35,349 nt of DNA, taken from the IMG/VR virus record IMGVR_UViG_3300045988_110070, positions 1 to 35,349 of that record; one strand, 5' to 3'. Made by a program: the position numbers and the translations under genes. Shown piece by piece: positions 31,271 through 35,349 of this stretch. The DNA comes from a virus. The notes beneath the pieces were generated by a model, which saw only the letters and a program-made list of their open reading frames with translations, had not been told where the DNA came from and did no database searches. Numbering within the stretch: the first letter of the stretch is position 1; every line of letters starts with the position of its first letter.

Positions 31271-31689
31271 TCAAGATCGGCCCGTTCGTGAAGGCCATGG
31301 AGAAAGCATGCCGGGACCGGTGCAGGTACGACGTGTACCTCGGCGAGGTCACGAAAGCCAGGCCGAATGTCCCGTACGTGCTCGTGAAGCTTCCTGCCGC
31401 GGGCGCCGGCAAAGCGGGCACGCTCGGTAACGCCGCCGATGAGATCAGCTTCTTGCAGCCGCTCACCGTGGTCGCTTCCACCGCGGACCGTCTCCTGACG
31501 GTGACGGACGACGTCCGCGGGGCACTAGACGGGTACGAGCTGAAAGTCGGCGGCTGCCACGTGGAGCCGCTGCGCCTGTCGTACTCGTCCGGACTGCTCC
31601 GCGACGACCAGACGGATATCCCCGCCTACGGGCACCTGTTCTACTCGGTGGACATGTGGCAGGTTACGGCGTTCAAAAGATACGCCTGA
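31267..31689 (+). CDS. Tail terminator protein
   Basis: ATGA overlap with the upstream stop. 140 aa. Last gene before the major tail protein. Confidence 0.55.
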   Translation: MIKIGPFVKAMEKACRDRCRYDVYLGEVTKARPNVPYVLVKLPAAGAGKAGTLGNAADEISFLQPLTVVASTADRLLTVTDDVRGALDGYELKVGGCHVEPLRLSYSSGLLRDDQTDIPAYGHLFYSVDMWQVTAFKRYA

Positions 31690-31756
31690 GTTAAACTGAC
31701 CTGGAAACGTACGTTGTCCGGCGCTGACGCGGCGTCGGAGAGAGGAGAAAGCCGAT

Positions 31757-32551
31757 ATGGCTTCGTCAATCCGGACGCTCGGCGACGGCCGCATCACGCT
31801 CGTCGCCCTGGGCACCGACTCCGCCCCGGTCGCGAACAGGAAAGCGCCGACCGCGGACGAGCTGAACAAGGGCATCCACTTCGAGATGTCTGTCATGAAG
31901 TCCGACTACAAGCTCGGCTCGAAGGGCTCCACGTCCGTCGAGGAGCCTGTCCTCGGCGCTGCCGGCAAGGGCACCGTCCCCGGACCGGCCGAGTACGAGG
32001 GCCAGGTCAGCGTGTACTGGTTCTTCGACGACAACGGCCAGAAGGTCCAGGGCGGCGACAACGCCGTCTGGGAGCTGCTGAAGCAGACCGGCCGTGAGTT
32101 CGAGCTGTACGAGCGCGAGGGCAAGAAGCCCGAGGAGCCGTTCACGAACGGCGATGACGTTGACTGGTACCACGTCGCCCCCGGCCAGCCGCAGAAGCCT
32201 GACGACAGGACCACGTACACGAAGCGCACCGTGTCCCTGTTCATTTCTGACGCCCTGGAGAACGAGATCACCGTCGGCGGCGGCAAGGTTCAGGCCGTCC
32301 CCACGATCACGTCGATCGACCCGTCCGGGAAGAAGGCCGGCGACACCGTCCTGATCACCGGCACGAACTTCATCGGCGTCACCGGCGTCACCTGCACGGT
32401 GGCCGGAAAGACCGCCCCGGTCGCCTCCTACCGTGTGCTGTCCCAGACCGCTATCAGCGCGGTGCTGCCCGTCGGCGTTCAGACCGGCAACTTCATTGTC
32501 ACGAACGCGGTCGGCGCGTCCGCTGGGAAGTCCTACACGGTCGGCGCCTGA
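31757..32551 (+). CDS. Major tail protein with a C-terminal Ig-like (IPT/TIG-type) domain
   Basis: RBS GGAGAGAGGAG. 264 aa. The C-terminus PTITSIDPSGKKAGDTVLITGTNFIGVTGVTCTVAGKTAPVASYRVLSQTAISAVLPVGVQTGNFIVTNAVG is IPT/TIG-like. Confidence 0.75.
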   Translation: MASSIRTLGDGRITLVALGTDSAPVANRKAPTADELNKGIHFEMSVMKSDYKLGSKGSTSVEEPVLGAAGKGTVPGPAEYEGQVSVYWFFDDNGQKVQGGDNAVWELLKQTGREFELYEREGKKPEEPFTNGDDVDWYHVAPGQPQKPDDRTTYTKRTVSLFISDALENEITVGGGKVQAVPTITSIDPSGKKAGDTVLITGTNFIGVTGVTCTVAGKTAPVASYRVLSQTAISAVLPVGVQTGNFIVTNAVGASAGKSYTVGA

Positions 32552-32579
32552 CGCGCGTCGCCCTGTACACTGGGCCTGT

Positions 32580-32618
32580 TGCCCCCGCTGCCATGTGCGG
32601 TCTCTGGCGGCGGGGGCA
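32580..32618 (+). terminator. Stem-loop after the major tail gene (partial terminator or attenuator)
   Basis: 13-bp arms TGCCCCCGCTGCC and GGCGGCGGGGGCA (one G-U pair) with a 13-nt loop. An alternative GTGCGGT/ACCGCAC pairing overlaps it. Confidence 0.4.
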
Positions 32619-32661
32619 GCACCGCACGTAGACCGCTTGGGACCGCAGACAGGGGACGCTG

Positions 32662-33195
32662 ATGAGCGACCGTGTTGATGTTGACGCTGACAACTTCGAG
32701 GACCGTACCGACGGTGCGGACACGCCGGAGAAGTTTGATTTCGCGGCGTGGATGGCGGGATTCCAGCCGACCAGGAAGTCATGCATGCTGTACGGGCGCA
32801 CCGACCTGCTCGCTGTGATCGACCGCCTGGACGAGGAGGCCCGCCTGCCCGGCCTGTCCGACGAGCGCAAGAAGGAGCTTCTCGACAAGGCCAACGCGAC
32901 GCTCGCCGACCTGAAGAACTCGGCGGTGGAGTTCGTTGTGCAGACGATGTCCGTGTACGCGCAGAAGGAACTCATGGAGTCACTCGGCCATCGCACGAAG
33001 GACGACCCTGTCACCCACGAGATGGAGTGCGCGTTCATCGCCGCGCACATCGTGGAGCCGACCGGCGTGACCGGCGAGGACATTGCCGGCCTGTACCAGG
33101 CGTCACCGCAGCAGGTCGAGAAGCTGTCCCGCTGCATTCGCGCCGTCGACACGGAGAGCCCGACTATCACCGCCCCTTTCTCGTCCAGGTCCTGA
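32662..33195 (+). CDS. Tail assembly chaperone (G-like, short form)
   Basis: 177 aa, acidic N-terminus, located between the major tail and tape measure genes. Confidence 0.75.
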   Translation: MSDRVDVDADNFEDRTDGADTPEKFDFAAWMAGFQPTRKSCMLYGRTDLLAVIDRLDEEARLPGLSDERKKELLDKANATLADLKNSAVEFVVQTMSVYAQKELMESLGHRTKDDPVTHEMECAFIAAHIVEPTGVTGEDIAGLYQASPQQVEKLSRCIRAVDTESPTITAPFSSRS

Positions 33196-33563
33196 CCGCC
33201 CCGACCGGGGCCTGGCTGCGGTCCATGGTGAAAGCCGCCATGGGCTGGGGGCGGCCGCCGACAGGGATTCTGCGTCGATCCGGCGAGTGGGTGGCCCAGG
33301 ACTACGACCTGGCGAATGCCTACTCCCTGTACGAGTCGTCGCTGTGCCCGTGCGGGTGTGGCTACCCGCGTGATGTGGCCTGGGACGAATTCATGGACGG
33401 CTGGTTCGAAGCCCGGGAAGTGGTCTGCTATGCGAAAGCCGCGCGTGAGCGGTGGGAGAAAGACCACTCCGAGCGGAACAGGCACGGCGACCTGATTTCC
33501 CCGCCGAAAGAAGGGTCGCTCCTGTACGTTGCGGACGCCAAGGTAGAATCCGAACAGGAGTGA
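32662..33563 (+). CDS. Tail assembly chaperone, -1 frameshift fusion (GT-like): 32662..33180 joined to 33180..33563
   Basis: The downstream ORF (to stop 33561..33563) lies in the -1 frame and lacks its own start/RBS near the junction. The slippery heptamer is at 33174..33180. Confidence 0.65.
33174..33180 (+). promoter_or_regulatory. Programmed -1 ribosomal frameshift slippery heptamer
   Basis: CCCTTTC reads as C CCT TTC in the zero frame (X XXY YYZ). It lies 13 nt before the G-form stop codon (33193..33195). Confidence 0.65.
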
Positions 33564-33573
33564 GGAGGGTCTT

Positions 33574-35349
33574 GTGGCCGATAGAACCGTAGTTGTCAAG
33601 CTGACCGCCGACGCGTCCGGAGTGAAGGCCGGCATGCAGGAGGCGTCGTCCGCGACCAAGGGCGCCGCGGACGCGATGTCGCAGGCCGGCCAGGCCGCGC
33701 AGGGCGCCGGCGACCAGATGGGCAACGCCGGCGAGCGGGGCAAGTCCGGACTCGCTGGTCTCGCTGACTCCGCACGCCAGAACGGGGCGGCTTGGACTAC
33801 GGTGGGTACGGCGGTCGCGGGCGTCGGGGCGGGCCTGCTCGGGTTCGCGGGCATGGCCGGGAAGATGTCCGCCGACTTCGATGCGTCCATGTCGTCCGTG
33901 CAGGCCGCCACCCACTCGTCTGCGGATGAGATGTCCCAGCTGCGTGAGGCTGCGATCCAGGCCGGCGCCGATACTGCGTTCTCCGCGACAGAGGCGGCCT
34001 CCGGTATCGAGGAGCTGGCTAAGGCCGGCGTATCCACGAAAGATATTCTCGCGGGGGGCCTTAGTGGTGCTCTCGACTTGGCTGCCGCGGGTGAGATCAG
34101 CGTGTCCGAGGCGGCCGAGACCGCGGCGACCGCAATGGTTCAGTTCAACCTGTCCGGCGATAAGGTGACGCACGTCGCCGACCTGCTGGCCGCTGGTGCC
34201 GGCAAAGCTCAGGGCGGCGTCCACGATATGGCGTACGCCTTGAAGCAGTCCGGCCTTGTGGCCTCTCAGGCCGGCTTGAGCATCGAGGAAACGACAGGTT
34301 CGATTGCTGCTTTCGCGTCCGCCGGTCTGATCGGTCAGGACGCGGGCACGTCGTTCAAGACGATGCTCCAGCGCCTGGAGAACCCCTCCAAGGGCGCCAA
34401 GAACGCTATGGACGACTTGGGCATTCACATCTACGACGCTCAAGGGCATTTCGTTGGGATCACCGCCGTCGCCGAGCAGCTGCGCAACGGGATGAAGGAC
34501 CTCGGCGAGGAGGAGCGCAACACGGCGATGAGCACGATCTTCGGGTCGGACGCCATCCGTGCTGCGAACGTCCTGTACAACGAGGGCGGCGAAGGTATCC
34601 AGGGCTGGATCGATAAGGTCAACGACGCCGGGTATGCCGCCGAGACTGCGCGTCTGAAGCAGGACAACTTGAAGGGCGACATTGAGAAGCTCGGCGGGTC
34701 TTGGGAGACCGCCATGATCAAGATCGGGTCGTCTTCCCAGGCTCCCGTGCGTTCTGTCGTGCAGCACATCACGTCCCTGGTTGACAAGCTCGGGGAGCTC
34801 GGCAGTGGCACTCAGTCCATGATCATGAACTTCGCCGCGTTCGGCGGCGCGGCCCTGACCGCGGTCGGCGGTCTCATGGTGATGGCGCCGAAGATCGTCG
34901 AGATCAAGGACGCCATGAACACACTGAACTGGACGGCCGCCGGCCTGAAGGGGAAACTCGGCGAGGTCGCCACCGGCATGACTGGTTTCGGGCGGGCGGG
35001 GCGGATGATGATCACCGCCGCCCTGATCGAAGGTGTTAAGCATTACGGCGACGAGGTGCGTCGTACGGGCGTGTCCGTGGACGAGATGTCCTCGGCGCTT
35101 TCCCATGGCGGGTCCGTCCTGAACAACCTGGATTTCGACCGGGGCAAGTATTCCCTGCAGGAGTATTCGCAGGCTCTGGCGGACATCAGCCGCCCGTCCG
35201 TGTGGTCGTCCGTGCAGCAGCACTTGGCTTCGTTCGCGGACGGCATCGCCGGCGCTTTCGGGGCGGACACTCGTTCTGACCTGCAGCGCACGAAGGACGC
35301 CCTTGAGACGACGGGGAAGGCGCTGTCCGGCATGTCCACGGACGACGCC
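33574..35349 (+). CDS. Tail tape measure protein, N-terminal part (runs off the window end and continues at 56..1594)
   Basis: GTG 33574 is preceded by GAGGAGGG. There is no stop before the window end. The core DFDASMSSVQAATHSSADEMSQLREAAIQAGADTAFSATEAASGIEELAKAGVS...LLAAGAGKAQGGVHDMAYALKQSG matches the TP901-type TMP core as I recall it. Confidence 0.9.
   Translation, partial: MADRTVVVKLTADASGVKAGMQEASSATKGAADAMSQAGQAAQGAGDQMGNAGERGKSGLAGLADSARQNGAAWTTVGTAVAGVGAGLLGFAGMAGKMSADFDASMSSVQAATHSSADEMSQLREAAIQAGADTAFSATEAASGIEELAKAGVSTKDILAGGLSGALDLAAAGEISVSEAAETAATAMVQFNLSGDKVTHVADLLAAGAGKAQGGVHDMAYALKQSGLVASQAGLSIEETTGSIAAFASAGLIGQDAGTSFKTMLQRLENPSKGAKNAMDDLGIHIYDAQGHFVGITAVAEQLRNGMKDLGEEERNTAMSTIFGSDAIRAANVLYNEGGEGIQGWIDKVNDAGYAAETARLKQDNLKGDIEKLGGSWETAMIKIGSSSQAPVRSVVQHITSLVDKLGELGSGTQSMIMNFAAFGGAALTAVGGLMVMAPKIVEIKDAMNTLNWTAAGLKGKLGEVATGMTGFGRAGRMMITAALIEGVKHYGDEVRRTGVSVDEMSSALSHGGSVLNNLDFDRGKYSLQEYSQALADISRPSVWSSVQQHLASFADGIAGAFGADTRSDLQRTKDALETTGKALSGMSTDDA
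35295..35349. repeat. Terminal direct repeat, copy 2 (identical to 1..55)
   Basis: Direct comparison of the two window ends. Confidence 0.9.

Noticed and set aside
1-35349. Search by eye for integrase, CI-like repressor, excisionase, tRNA, DNA polymerase, primase, reverse transcriptase/DGR, toxin-antitoxin pairs and known defence or anti-defence genes.
   Set aside because: None was recognised from motifs, so the phage looks lytic and dependent on the host replisome. Absence calls made by eye are weak and need HMM and tRNA scans.

Overview
The window is a complete, circularly closed genome of a high-G+C siphovirus-type actinobacteriophage. Positions 1..55 are identical to 35295..35349, so the unique length is 35,294 bp and the tape measure gene is split by the window boundary.

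There are three transcription blocks:
1. Rightward late block (22356, through the window end, to 10073): two-domain endolysin, a possible 42-aa TM ORF and a holin, then a strong terminator. These are followed by terminase small and large subunits, portal, MuF-like protein, scaffold and major capsid. Next come four head-tail connector genes, a major tail protein with an Ig-like C-terminus, and tail assembly chaperones with a canonical -1 slippery heptamer. The block ends with a 1104-aa tape measure, Dit/Tal-position proteins, a 1078-aa fibre, a clan GH-A-like glycoside hydrolase and a TM/coiled-coil protein.
2. Leftward early block (18296 down to 9939): about 24 tightly coupled genes, many joined by ATGA/GTGA overlaps. 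They include RecT, an HTH protein, a dUTPase fusion, DUF3310, a PD-(D/E)XK nuclease, SSB, NrdH and an HTH-metallophosphoesterase.
3. Rightward early block (18767..22149): a winged-helix replisome-organizer-like protein, DnaB helicase, a small membrane protein and an HNH endonuclease.

I recognised no integrase, repressor, DNA polymerase, primase, tRNA or CRISPR.

The most interesting signals are noncoding or architectural:
- An oriC-like cluster of DnaA boxes (perfect TTATCCACA x3, five boxes phased at 11-12 bp) sits next to a DnaA-trio-like TAG repeat, in a 495-bp gap at 21211..21705.
- A divergent control region (18297..18766) holds a near-consensus leftward promoter whose spacer is a perfect 16-bp palindrome. 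It also holds three 22-24-bp iterons with an AT-rich flank, and a structured leader.
- The early-left operon contains several tandem gene or domain duplications, including a dUTPase fused to a copy of its downstream neighbour.
- Strand composition switches sharply at the divergent region.

All functional calls rest on motifs read by eye and on synteny. No database search was run.
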